A stretch of 64,000 nt of DNA from Paraspadella gotoi. Lineage: Eukaryota > Animalia > Chaetognatha. The DNA lies in the NCBI GenBank assembly GCA_051294375.1, contig CM119269.1, forward strand, positions 19,939,936-20,003,935, written 5' to 3'. Positions 16,014 through 28,997 of the stretch are shown one piece after another. Numbering within the stretch: the stretch's first letter is position 1; every line of letters begins with the position of its first letter. The notes under the pieces are model-generated. The model did no database searches. It was not told where the DNA came from and was given only the letters and a program-made list of their open reading frames with translations. A program made the position numbers and the translations under genes.

Positions 16014-16059
16014 GCAGAAAGAGAGAGAGAGAGAGAAAGAGAGAGAATTCGCGCACTTC

Positions 16060-16190
16060 CGGGAAACGTGAGAAGTCGGCACGCTCGCTAGGGGGGGGCG
16101 AAGGCTCGCTGGCAAGTTAAGTGAAGACTAAGAAGCAGAGTTGAGAATCGGGAGGTGAGTTGATTTTGACGAGGCTTCGATTTGGCTAAG
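16060..16190 (+). promoter_or_regulatory. Possible promoter / non-coding first exon
   Basis: CACTTCCGG (ETS-type) motif at ~16054-16062 and an aag|gtaaac donor-like site at 16191; no downstream CDS identified. Confidence 0.2.
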
Positions 16191-17147
16191 GTAAACTTGG
16201 GTGAGAAGAATCGAAATGGGAAGGGTAGAGCAGAATGAAATTAAATCAAGAGAAATACGCAGAATCAGATTCGATCTCGCGTAGGATCGGGAAAAGACTT
16301 ATGAGTGCGGAGCGAGGTCAGTTACGCTGATCTGAAATAAAAAGAAGCTTGTCAGGTAAGTTTTCTGAGCACATGATAGCAAGTTGAACTCGTCTGTCGC
16401 GTGGAGGTTTGGGTAATGAAAGAACGGAAAGAAAACGAGGTCGAAAAAAATTAATTCAATGTAAAAAGAAATTTGTAAAATTAGTCGTTAATTAGCAGTA
16501 CGAAATAATATTCGGTAACGATGGACAATGGCTGATGGAAGGAGAAAATGATATCAGTTAGTATCCGTTAAAGTCGAGTCCCACATGAAAGTAAATACCA
16601 AGGCCAGTGGCATACCGAAGGTGTAGCGGGCGTTTCCCTGGTTCACCCCGCTAATAGGTCGTCAATTAGTCGCGTCTGAGGGTTCAGTGTATTGGCGGGG
16701 TGCACCGGGGCCAATACAAAGGAAACTGAGACGATTATAGTTGATAAAAGAGAAATCGATCGAACGAGAAGCCTAAAGCGGTATATGTCTAATGACTTTG
16801 TTTATCGTCGTCGCCGTGGTCGTCATTGCGTCGTGTACGCAGTTGGTACCGTGTAGATTTATTTTTCACTCTGAATCTGTCGTCTTCCAACTTAAACCGT
16901 TTTTGATTTTTAAAAAACCTTTCCTTTGTTTCCCTTTTTTACTTTCCTTCTTACCTCCTTTCCTCTCGCCCTCCGCGCCATTCCCGCCACGAAACTTACC
17001 CGGAATAAAAAACTGTCAACCTTTCTGGTCTCAAGGGAAAATCGTTAACTCGAGCGCCGCGAAAGGTAATGGCGTTATTTGCTTCCTGAGGCCCTGGGGT
17101 TGGGGCAAGTCATTTCTTTTCTGGCTCTGTCTCTGTCTCGTTTCTCT

Positions 17148-17188
<41 letters not shown>

Positions 17189-17706
17189 TCTTCTCTCTCT
17201 CTCTCTCTCTCTCTCGCACTTGGAGCCGCAAATCCGAACTCGATCGACGCCGGATTCGCAGCGTCAGCGTTTCCGCCACGCTGGGCGCGCCCTCTCTCTC
17301 TTTCTCTCGGTCTCTTTATCTGCTTCATTCTTTCCTTTGCTGTTACCGTTTCTGTCTCACTTTCTCTCTATTTCTGTCTCCTCTCTTTCTCTGTCTTTCT
17401 AAACACTATCCCCGTCTATCTCCTTTCATCTTTCTCGCCCTACCAATTGTGAACCGGTTCTCTCTCTCTCTCTCTCTCTCTTTCTTCTCTCTCTTCTCTC
17501 TTGCCTCGTCTCTGCTCTCTACCTCGTCTGTAGTGCCCGGGGTCGTCGAGGCGGCGGCCGCGGCGAGGGCGAGGGCGCCGCAAGGCCGACCTCGGGTGGT
17601 CAAATAGGTTTAAAAGGCTGATTCTAATCGGTTAAGTGGGAAGGAAACCCGATGGAGGCACAAGATGTTGAGAGAGAGAGAGAGAGAGAGAGAGGAGGAG
17701 AGAGAC

Positions 17707-17769
<63 letters not shown>

Positions 17770-19070
17770 TAAGTACCATTTTTTGCGGGCTCATACTGTC
17801 TTTGAGTTGATTTATTCGCTTCTCCTGTACCTCTGAGAGTCGGGTTTAAACACAGGAGATTTAAAACTGTCACGAATTGAAAATAATAACTTGTTTGAAT
17901 AAATAAATGAATATTAAATTTAAATAAATCGATGACAAAATAAGTAAATGCATATCAATAAGTGATTGATACAAATGATAAATGATGAAACGAGTTAATC
18001 ATGGGGCTTAACGAAGTCGAATGATGAAATCGTGGGAGGTTTCTTCATAATTTGTCGCACTGTAGATCATTTTGACGCCCGGAGAAGACGACGACTACGA
18101 CTATGACGATTAAGTTAGAATCCATATTTATGAGCGAACATTAGTCTTGAAAAGACGGGGGCATATAATTCGTTGGATCGGAAGGGGACATAATTCCGAG
18201 GATTTTCATTCGATCTTCATCAGCGATTTTTTTTTCCCGCCGAATCAAGCGNNNNNNNNNNTTTCTTTATTTTTTATTTTTATTTTTTTGAGTCGCAATC
18301 AGCGACCGTATTGGGTAGGAATTTTCATTTTTTTAAAATACTATATTTAAGATTTTGTTTTACAATTTCCAAAGAGCTTACTTGATAAATATTTCAAAAT
18401 TAGCTCTCCGAAAATAAATTTTAGCAACGCGTAATTTGCCGTTATAATGATTTTTTTTTTTTAAATTTCTACTCATTTTTTCTTGGTTCTTTTCTCCACC
18501 CCCTCCTATTTTAGGATGCTTTTTTAAGCCTCTTCCTCGTAAGAAAAACGATCTTGGGATTTTAATCAAGGAAAGGAAGAGAAATTCATGAGTCGAGCCT
18601 TTAATTGCTACTCGACAAAGGATCTCCAACGAGACTTATGCAATTTCTCTGCCTTGGCTCTCAGATTAATTTCGATTTTCGATACGCCTTTTTAAATTAT
18701 CACATTTTGTCTGCTGAGAACGAAGTTATTTTTTGTATGTATTTTGTATTAATTTGTCACAATGATCAGAGTGTTGTAAAACAAAACAAAAAAAGTCAAA
18801 CGATTGCAACGAAATAAAAAAAATTACAGAAAAATTGACAGAAGTAGGTAACACATGTAGTTATTACTTATGTATATGCTTAAAAATATATTTCTGTTTT
18901 TGATCTGCTCATTTCTCTAACTTTCTCCCTCTATCCCCAGAGATGGCGCTGCGTCACGACGCCCCTGTCGCGCACGGGGCTGCGTCATCCGTCACGTTGA
19001 TTACATCTCGGACCCGGGGACGTTCAACCCAGGGAGAAGCCAGCGCGCCAGACGGATTCAAACTTAAGTG

Positions 19071-19192
<122 letters not shown>

Positions 19193-19288
19193 GGACAGAA
19201 ACAAAAAGATAGCGATTAAGTAAGAAAGCGAGCGAAAGAAGAAGAAAAAGATAGAAGTACTGAGGTAGGTAAAAAAAAGTAGCGCAAT

Positions 19289-19507
19289 TGTGGAACCGAC
19301 GGCAAAACAAGTTTCAGAGTAAGAATAATTTATTCTTCAACAAGGTTAAAAACGATAACAGTCAAAAGGCTCAGATGCTAAGTCTATAACAATGGATATT
19401 TACAAGGTCAAAGATTGACCAATAAGAGAATGAGGGAAATGATCGAGGTAGGTTGGTAAGGACAGTTTTGACCGAGGTTGCGTGTTGTTGTTGTTGTTGC
19501 TCCACCA
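19289..19507 (-). repeat. 3' LTR
   Basis: Near-identical to 24299-24506; adjoined by a minus-strand purine-rich tract ggtggtggggag (19508-19519). Confidence 0.92.
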
Positions 19508-19849
19508 CTCCCCACCACCAAAAGGCTTCGACCGGATGGGGAGAAAGGCTTGAAGGAGAGTTAAAGGATTGCATCGTCGTTTTCGTCGTCGTCTCCCGGC
19601 GGCTGAAGCATCGTCGGAGAGAATATTAAGGAGACCGGGGATCGATGATGATTGTCGGCGAACGACTTGCGGCATCTGTGGTGGATGCAGCTGGCGGCGC
19701 TTCCGTTTCCGGAGGTGGAGGCGCTGGTGCCGAAACGCGACGCGGGTCGTCCGCGTGGACGTGCTCGTGGCGGATCTGCAGGCGCGACTTCTGTCAGTGA
19801 CGGCCGGTTGAAGACGATCGACAGAAGGATGACTTTCGACGCCGCGTCT

Positions 19850-22800
19850 GGAATTTTCGATTTAAAAGTTTTTGGTCCTCGCAGTCGCGCACGATGTAAG
19901 GGCCGTCGTACGGGGGCTGGAGCGGCGTTGAGTGACCATCGCGTCTGGATTTATAGACGCCGGTCGGCGTCGGCGAGAGTTTCCGGAACGTGAGGAAGGG
20001 CGGCGCCGCGTGCCAAAAGCGGCGGGCAGAGGTGCCATGAGGGCAACATCAGCTCGAAGACTGTCGAGGATTCGTGAACGAGCGCGGCTCGACATCAGTA
20101 GCTGGAACCGGAAGTAGCTCGCTGGGGAGCGTCAGCGTCTCACCCACGTCAGCTTCAGCGGGAGAGGCGTCGGAATCTTCACGTGGGTTGCGCGGAGGCT
20201 CAAAAGAGTCCAGGGAAGTTGCTGCCAGCCAGTTTTCTCCGGCGGCGTCACAGGCGAGCGCGAAGAGCCGCCTTCAGCGTTCGATGGAGACGTTCTCCAT
20301 CCCGTTGGATTGGGGGTGGTAGGTGGTTGTTGTAGAAGGATCGAAACCGGTGACCGCCGCCATCTGGGCGCCACAATTCAGACTGAATTGGGCGCCGCGA
20401 TTCGGATGGTGACGACGGAAGGGACGCCGAATTCGGAGACCCAGTTCTGTAAGAAGGCGCGGCGCGCGAGGCGGCGGAGGTGTCGCGGAGCGGCGCCACT
20501 TCCGGCCAGCGCGTGAATCGGTCTATCATCGTTAGGAGATGCGTGTGGCGCGTAGACTGGCACGCGCGACAAGGTCGATGTGTACATGCGGCGAAACGTT
20601 TAGACGGGGGTCGATCGAAGTGTGGAGCGGGCGCGCGCACGTGGTGCTGAGTTTGGAGCGCTGGCCGAGTGTCCGGATGCGCACGCGCAACGTCTGAGGA
20701 GACGGAGGCGCAGACGAAGCGCGTCGTTACAAGTTTCTTTGATGCGCGGATTCCCGATGAGGTTATGGGTGCGTGAAGCGTCGCGACATGATGCGGGACG
20801 AGTGGGCGTGCGGGAACCGAAGTGTGCGCAGACGGGAGCGTCGTGTTGCCAATTGGGGACGCTTTTTGAGGCGGAGCGCCGTGTGAGCGGTCGCTACTGG
20901 AGAACGTTGCACATCTCAATCGTGGCCTGATGCGGGCCGTCATTGCTTCGATTGAAATTGACTTGAAGGCGCACGATGGCGATGACAGTGGCGGAATGTC
21001 CTCACGCTCTTTTGTGCTCGTCGTCGAAATTGGCTCGGGTCGAGTTATAGGGGATTGGTCGACGCTGTGCGGAACTGGCGCGGGTGGTGGCGCTTGTTGC
21101 GTGCGGGGAGAGAGGGCCGTCGGCGACGACTTGTTTGGATTTTCGGAAATGTGACGGTGTCGGAAGTATATTCGGCGATGCCATGCCAACTGGTAGGTCT
21201 GTCTCATGGGTGTGGCTTCCGCCTTTTTCCGTAGCCGGACAGCGAGATATGGTCGCGTGAAGGAAGCGCTGAAAGCGAGCGTACTTCAAGATATGGGCGG
21301 AAGTGGCGGATCGAGGCGTGGGCGGCGAGGAGCTCTTTGTCAAATGGTGGCCATTTGCGTTGGTTGGGTTTCAGTGGCTTTGAATGAAAACCACGAGGGG
21401 CTGCCTGGCTGTCGAGCGAGCTGCTCGAGGATGTGCGGCCGACGCGAGTCGAGTGGGCCGTCGATTCAGTGAGAGGCGAGCGAAGTGAGGGGCGCCGTCA
21501 ATTGGGTGGACCACAGTATGTTGAGTCGGCTGAGGGCGGTCCTTGATCGCGCTGGAAACGCGGCGTCTTGAAGGGCCGTCCACATTTAGCGCGCGCGGGT
21601 TTTTCCTGCGGAGGACTTCAAGAGAGGGCTGAGAATGATTGGGTGCGCGTGCGGCGACGAAGCGACGATAATAATTGAAGAGCGCGAAGAGCGTTGGAGT
21701 TTTGACGGTGGTGTGCAGTGGGCCATTGCGCGCAGCGCCTCTACTTTTCGAGGAAGAGGACGTGACGCCATCTTTGTCGACGTTGTAGCCAAGAATTCTA
21801 GGCATGGGAAGGCACCGAGAAAACGCACATTTGCGCGGTTCACGATGAGGCCATTATCGGCGAGGGCGTTTGAAGACGGCGCTTGAGGTCCTCCTGAGTT
21901 CTTCGTGAGGAGTGCGTAGCGACGAGAGGTCGTCCAAATAAACGAAACGTGGGGAATGCCGCTCAGGACCTGATTCCATCTATCAGCGTTGAAAGTCCTG
22001 ACCGGCATTCTTTTAACCCCAGGGCATAAAGCGAGGAACTCATTACGAGGGCCAAATGGTGTAATTTATCAGTTTTGTGCGCGATCTTCCTTCGCAACGG
22101 GAGATCTGATGAATCCCTTGCATAAGTCGATTTTTGAGAAGACAGTCTTCCCGGCGCGTCGGGTTGAAGTCCATAAGATGGCGGATCGGAGTAGCCGGTC
22201 GTCGACGGTGAACGCATTGAGGCGCCGGTAATCGCCGCATGGACGGAGAGAGCATTCGGGTTCCGAGTAACATGGAGAGGTGACGCCCAAGCAGCGGAAG
22301 TGGAGCGCCGTAATCCCGTAGTTCTAACATCTTTTGGACTCGGCCTTGGGCGGCGGCGAGCTGTTGTGGGGCGAGGCGGGCGAGCGCGGGCGCGAAGAAC
22401 GGGCGGCACCTTTCGTCAGGAATTATGATGCTCGACGCCGTGCTTTGGCGGCGGCCAGGTTGAAGACGAGTTTGAGAGTTCCGGTCGCTCGTCCCAGAAG
22501 CCTGAGTAGGCATCGCGGGACGTGTAAAACGCAGGGGGCGGGCGCCGGGCGGATGCGGCGTCGCGAGCATGGCCGCGATGACCATGTAGTCGTCCGAGAT
22601 CAGGAGAATACGGCGCTGAATGATGACGCCAAGATGCTGTTCCATCAAGAAATCAGCACCGGAGATTATGGGTGTGGCGACGTCGGGATGGACGAGATAC
22701 GGGAAAACTCGTTTCCCGAGTCGAATCCCCATCTCTTTGATGCCGAAAGTCTCGATGGCCGTTATCGTTGGCGGCGCCGGAGTGGCGGGGCGTTGGCAGC

Positions 22801-22910
22801 GCAGCGCCGCCGTAACAGCGGCGGGATTCGCTTCGCGGCGGCCGCGATCTGCGGGCAGAGGGCGGGAACGAGCGTCGCCTCTGAGCCACCGTCGACGAGC
22901 CACTCCAGGC
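19850..22910 (-). pseudogene. pol: pol (protease, RT, RNase H, integrase; frameshifted)
   Basis: WLVDGGSEATLVP (protease); WASPLHV, RPCGDYRRLNAFT, VFSKIDL, YLDD (RT); LLTMIDRFTRWPEVAPL, W.SEFGVPS, ERLHRTLKAALRAR (integrase). Confidence 0.9.
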
Positions 22911-22999
22911 CGCGTCAGGGTCGCGCACGGAGATAGTTTTGAGTCGTTATGGGCCGGGCGGACGCGGGCGGACTAGCGGCGGCGCCGGCGTTGGCATTT

Positions 23000-24154
23000 G
23001 ACGGTGCCATGGGGCATGGGAGGGCCATCACGATTGGTCCCGTGGCATTTTTATAGGCGGCGTTGGCGTTGAAGTGGTAGTGTTAGAAGATTTGTGGTTC
23101 GCCGGAGGAGGTTCACGTAGAGGGGCGGAGACGTGGAGTCAAATTGGCCGGCGTTGCTGCTGCTGCTGACGGCTGAGCTGCTGCGGGCTCGCTGTGGGGA
23201 AATGAGGACGTTGCGTGGCGACCTCGGGCGCCGGTCGGCGAACTGCATTTGCGTAAGAGATAGGGGGAGCGTCGACGTCGTTTGTCGATCGTTTTCCATC
23301 CAGTATGTCATCAATGTACTATCGTGGGTACGCGCGTTTATCGAGGTCAGAGGCCGTTCAGAGTTCTAAGTTGGCCGGATGGAAGAAAAAACTCATATCG
23401 CGTCTTTGGCGATATCAACGGGCTTCTTTGTCTTTCTAACGGCGTGTTCCCTAGCGCTCTGTGGGAGGGGTCGGCGCGCAAGGAGTGGCGGCCTTGATGT
23501 GATGTTCTCGATGGTAAGGCTTCGAGGACGGCGTCGATCGTGGAGAAGATGCTGAGAGGAGTGACGCCTTTCAATGACGTCATTTTCAAAAGCTTTTGTG
23601 CAGCGCGTCGGTTTGCATCTTCTCCATAAATATTTTCAAATGGGCGGCCAGGTTTTTGTGGGCGTCGGGACCTTCGTCGATACGCCAAACCTGTGGAATA
23701 AGGCGATGGGCGGGAAATTGAATTGCGCAGAGAATGTGCGCCTTCTTCCGCCGGCTCGACGACGCCAGTGCGCCGAATTCCACCGCGGTGTGGTCTAGCC
23801 ACTCTTCAATGTGGTCAGGGTCGAAAGTCGGTAAGCTTCGGGTTTCGTCTTCTTGTGGGGGCCTCTGAGGAAGGGCGGGGGGGGTGGGCGTCGCCTGTGG
23901 AAGCGGCATCGTCGGCGCCATTGTTCTTCTGCTGGGAAGGCAGTTCCGTTGACGCAGTGCTTGCGTTCTGCTGATGGAGGATTTTGTCTGTCCGTGAGCG
24001 AGGCGAGTCTTTCGTTCATGTCGTAAAACATTTGAAAAAGTTTTTCGATTTTAGTTTCGAGAGATGTTGCAGATGTCGAGGGGGCGGCGTCGTGGAACGC
24101 CTCGTCGTGGCCAGTGCCGTCGGAATGGGAGGCGTTGCGCGTAGTTACTGGCAT
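23000..24154 (-). pseudogene. gag: gag (frameshifted)
   Basis: MPVTTRN...; LPTFDPDHIEEWL....EF resembles the LP.FW...P..WF...E.QF gag start of CsRn1-like elements; His/Cys-containing remnants near 23000-23090. Confidence 0.7.
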
Positions 24155-24298
24155 TGTTTTTTTCCTCTTCGTCGGGGGCGTTGGGGGACGTAATTTACTT
24201 GTCGACGGACATCAAAGGAGAGAAAAAAAAAATGTGTTATGAGATATTTTGTTTATTTCTTTTTTGTTTTGTTTTGTTTTTCACGGGGCCTCACCACG

Positions 24299-24506
24299 TG
24301 TGGACGCAACAAGTTTCAGAGTAAGAATAATTTATTCTTCAACAAGGTTAAAAACGATAACAGTCAAAAGGCTCAGATGCTAATCTATAACAATGGATAT
24401 TTACAGCGTCAAAGATTGACCATAAAGAGATGAGGGAAATGATCGAGGTAAGTGCGTAAGGACAGTTTTTGACCGAGGTTGCGTGTTGTTGTTGTGTTGC
24501 TCCACA
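24299..24506 (-). repeat. 5' LTR
   Basis: Near-identical to 19289-19507; followed on the minus strand by TGGTGAGGCCCCGTGA, a tRNA primer-binding-site-like sequence. Confidence 0.92.
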
Positions 24507-25155
24507 GTATACAACTTAGAAGATATAAACTTAAAGAGCACCAGCTTGGGTAAAATTTTTTTAAGAAGAACCGTTATTTAATTGTTATTTTTTTCATAAA
24601 AAAATGATATCTTTTGACCGAAAATTACAATATTACTATAAAAGTATAAAATGATTAAAGTTAAAGTATAAAAGTTAAATAAAAAATATTACGACAACTT
24701 TCAAAAATTCTTATATTTTCTTAGTCAAAATTAAGAAAAAGTAATAAAATTATTGAAATATGATGACGATGATGATTATTATTATTATTAATAGTTTTTT
24801 ATATTTTTTACCCACTTATGATCAAAATATCGAAATAGAATTATACTTTGTGTAAACAACTTTTTGCAAGCTTCCTGAATCTGATATTAAAAATAAAAAA
24901 AATCTTAAAAATTATTTTAGCGATGAAATAAGTATTTAAAAATAAATATATGGAGTATATAGTATTATTAAAATTTTTTGGTCTATTCAAATTTTTTTTA
25001 AAAATGCACAAATTTTCGTTTGAGCAGGCTCTTAATTCAAATTTCTTAACCACCTTACTGAGTGAGGCAACCCCTATGTATTATACATATAGGGACAAGT
25101 ACCGTCTAACGTTACCTCATTTGATATCTGAAAGTATGTACTTTGGACGAGCCGC

Positions 25156-25214
25156 ATAGCTGCTGAGTAAAACAGCAACTATGGGCCATAGTTGCTGTTT
25201 TACTCAGCAGCTAT
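25156..25214. repeat. Perfect palindrome, 29-bp arms with 1-nt spacer
   Basis: atagctgctgagtaaaacagcaactatgg-g-ccatagttgctgttttactcagcagctat. Confidence 0.95.
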
Positions 25215-26249
25215 ATGTATATCTTTACGTAACGAAGAGTACATAAGAAAATTATAATTTTTTTTTACCTTCCTCCACTTCGTTTGGAAATTTGAAACTC
25301 GTTAGTTCGACGGAATTACGGGGTTGAGTCGCGCGAAAGCGAAAAAACTCGGGAAATGTCATCGATTATGACGAGAGAAGATTTACTGAGNNNNNNNNNN
25401 AGAGAGAGAGAGAGAGAGTCATCGTCATGAGTTAAGCTGAGAAGGATTAAATTTTTTGACTAATGACACATGAAATCCGATCCATGGCCGACTAATGAGA
25501 ATAGAGAGGGACGAAGCCATAGAACGCGACAAGAGGTTTGGCTTTGGCCTCAAGAATTCAGTCTGTTTTTTTTTTATTTGGAACCGTTTTTCTTCGTCGT
25601 TTTTGAAACAGAAGAATTGGGCGAGTTTGCTTCGAGTTGGAAAGATCGCCAATACTTAACTGGTATCGATAAGTTTTTGTGGTTTTTTTGTTTCCTTTGA
25701 ATTAACCTTTTTAGTTTGCGTTTTTCAATCGTTCTAAATTCAAAACCTTATGTTATGATAGTCACAGATAAGGGGGAAGAGACAACTTAGATTATTAATA
25801 TCAGTTTTTAGCAGAGATTCTTCTAATATAATTCCAAAGCTCCTTTTTGAATTCTTTTAAATTATTCATAGACTATTGAGCACTAGCTAATAAATAAAAA
25901 TATGTTTGTCTGGTGACTCGAATTGACCTCAGTCATTTGGATGACCTTAATCACAAAGATCCCTTTTACGGTGAAGCATAGGATGTCGTCGTCGTCGACT
26001 GTCTTCTCTCTTATTTTAATCAATTAGAATTATTCACATTTTAACATTGTTATGTTTTTTTCTTCCTCAAGCTTCCGTCCGTTTTATTGTTTTGGACTTA
26101 TGTAAAACGTTGGATATAACGTACTGAATATACAGAATAATTGTTATGAGTTAGTGATTGAACCTAGCAGTCCTTGAGCTTCCAGTCAGGATGTAACACC
26201 ATGTTACAGCCGGGTTAAGCGCCACGTCCCTCTTAACTGTTAAGCGACC

Positions 26250-26318
26250 ACCGGACTAGGACCCCCGGATCTTTGGGTTGGGAGGCGAATGACTGGCCTT
26301 CTGCACGAATCACCGCAG
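26250..26318 (-). mobile_element. Possible degenerate tRNA-derived SINE head
   Basis: gcggtgattcgtgcagaagg...tcgcctcccaacccaaagatccgggggtcctagtccgg has tRNA-like spacing of decayed A and B boxes. Confidence 0.3.
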
Positions 26319-26949
26319 TAAACGGTTGATGGATTTTTGTTTGTAAATACAGCTTTTCGTCTTTTGTTATTGCTTTTTAAGTAGTTAATAAAAAATTAAT
26401 CAAATTAAACCAACGACTAACTTTGACTAGGGTAACTAAACTTTATTGCTTAGTCACGAAAATCTTAATTCAGTTACAGTGGTGTCACAGCAAGTACAAA
26501 ATTATAGCAAAAGCTAGTGAATGTGCTACGGAACGCATCTCGTAGTAACATTTAGATATCAAAAGATATGTATTTAACCGAATAATCATATCAGATCGGA
26601 AAGATTCCCAACGTCACATGTTCACTGTACCCTTGACGAGCTTGTCACCACGACCATTGTACCCTCGATTCGCAAGCCGCAAAAATATCGTGACCTTTTG
26701 TAATCGGACCTTTCCAATTTCCTTCGTCTTGAAGTCGAAAGTAGTAAATTAAGCCAGAGGATAAACTAGAAACGCGCGTCTCCAGTCCGACAGGCTCGCC
26801 CGATGATCCCGGAAGCCAACCAACACTCGAGCTTGGCATGGGATTTCTTCGCCAATACTGAAACTTCCCGAATTCGACTAAAACCGTCACGTGAAAGATG
26901 GTGCCCCTTTTCAGAGATTTTGTGAACGCAGAATTTCTTGTGCCTATAG

Positions 26950-28997
26950 TAGACCTTGCCATATATGAAAAGTTTTGAAATCAAAAAACGAGTATTGTGT
27001 AAAAGGTGCCCATACATCATATGAATTTTTGAACATTAAAAAAAAAAAAAAATTTACAGTAAATGCTGCCAACTTTGAAAAAAATGAAAAAAAAGGTAAA
27101 AAATGGACTTTTTGCTAATATTTAAAAAGCTTTATTGCTAGAAGGACGAAACCCCAACTATCTTGTAGAGCGGAAAAATTGACTATGTTACATACCTTGC
27201 ATTATAAATTAAGTGAATTTTTTACTAAGTAAACTTTTTTTTTAAAACCTATTGTTTTGGGCAATTTTTGATAAAAATTTTTAAAAATGATATTTTTAAC
27301 AAAGTTCGTGAAAATTTTGTAAAAAAATTATGGCGAATTGAATAAAGAAATAATTGCCTTTGTTTTGCTGAAAGAATTTTTAAAAAAAGGATTATCGGTT
27401 AAAAAGTTATAATTTTTTAAATTAAAAAAATCACTTTCCTTAATAATTATTTTTATTTAATAGGTTTGAACTAAGCTAAAGGGAAAAAGGGAATGCACTT
27501 TTCTCAGAGTAAATAAAAAAATAGTAAATTCTGATTTGACAATGGGTAACTTTAATATTTTGTCTCACCAGGTCATTAAAGTTTTTTTAAATTTTTTATC
27601 ATTTTATAATGAAATTATGACTTTTAAATAAGGTAGTTTTTAAAATTTTTTTTCTATATAAAATATGAAAATTGAACAAAGTTTTGATAATAAAAATTGA
27701 TAAAATGAGACAAAAAGAGTGAAATTATGAAAGTTAAATAACTAGAAAGAGAGTTGCTTGCTGTTGCCGGTCGAGAAGAATAGTGCAAGAAAGAAAATAG
27801 TTATTCTATTTTTTTGTTATCTATTCATGATTTATATAGTTAATAATTAAGTCTATTGTAATAGTCGATTTAGTTTTGAAATAAATATAATTTTTAATTC
27901 ATCTTCTTGATTTTTTCATTTCAATACATTTATAGTTGATGAATTTATCAACAAGTCGGATCTATTCTTAAATTAATCAAGCAAGCTTAATATATTTTTC
28001 CAAGTCTTTTACAACCTGTGATTCAAAATATACTTTACAAATTTTAATTCAACTCAGTTCTGGAGAACTAGCTTGACAAAGGTAATTTATGAAAAAATTA
28101 GAATAACTCGTTTTCTTTCTTTGGCACTCTAGATGATGACTTTTTTTTTCTCGATCGGTAAGCAGCAAGCAACATCTCTCTCCTCAGTTGCTAAACTTTC
28201 ATTAATTAACTCTTTTTGTTCTCATTTTATCAATTATTAATCATTTAATCGCTTTTGTCAATTTTTCTTTTTTCTTTTATATAGAAAAAAATTAAAAAAA
28301 CTACCTTATTTTAAAAGTCATAATTCCATTATAAAATGATAAAAATTTAAAAAAAAACTTTAATGACCTGGTGAGCAAAATATTAAAGTTACCCATTGTC
28401 AAATCAGAATTTACTATTTTTTTATTTACTCTGAGAAAAGTGCATTCCCTTTTTCCCTTTAGCCTAGTTCAAACCTATTAAATAAAAATTAATTAAAGGA
28501 AAGTGATTTTTTTTTAAATTTAAAAAAATTATAACTTTTTAATCGAAAATCCTTTTTTAAAAATTCTTTCAGCAAAACAAAGGCAATTATTTCTTTATTC
28601 AATTTGCCATAATTTTTTTTACAAAATATTTCACAAACATTGTTAAAAATATCATTTTTTAAAAAATTTTATCAAAAATTGCCCAAAACAATAGGTTTTT
28701 AAAAAATTTTACTTAGTAAAAAATTCACTTAATTTATAATGCAAGTATGTAACATAGTCAATTTTTTCCTGCTCTACAAGATAGTTTGGGTTTCGTCCCT
28801 GTTGCAATAAAGTTTTTAAAGATATTTAGCAAAAAGTCCATTTTTTACCATTTTTTTTCATTTTTTTCAAAGTTGGCAGCATTTACTGTAAATTTTTTTT
28901 TGAAAAAAAATGTTCAAAAAATTCATATGATGTATGGGCACCTTTTACACAATACTCGTTTTTTGATTTCAAAACTTTTCATATATGGCAAGGTCTA
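26950..28997. mobile_element. Non-autonomous foldback DNA transposon, hAT-like (8-bp TSD)
   Basis: Ends TAGACCTTGCCATATATG...CATATATGGCAAGGTCTA; inverted arms traceable for ~860-900 bp; GCCTATAG duplicated at 26942-26949 and 28998-29005; no transposase ORF. Confidence 0.93.

Larger units (their letters stand above)
19289..24506 (-). mobile_element. Full-length Ty3/gypsy LTR retrotransposon, CsRn1-clade-like
   Basis: Two ~210-220 bp TG..CA direct repeats, PBS, PPT and gag-PR-RT-RH-IN order on the minus strand; many frameshifts; no matching TSD seen (caat vs gtat). Confidence 0.93.
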
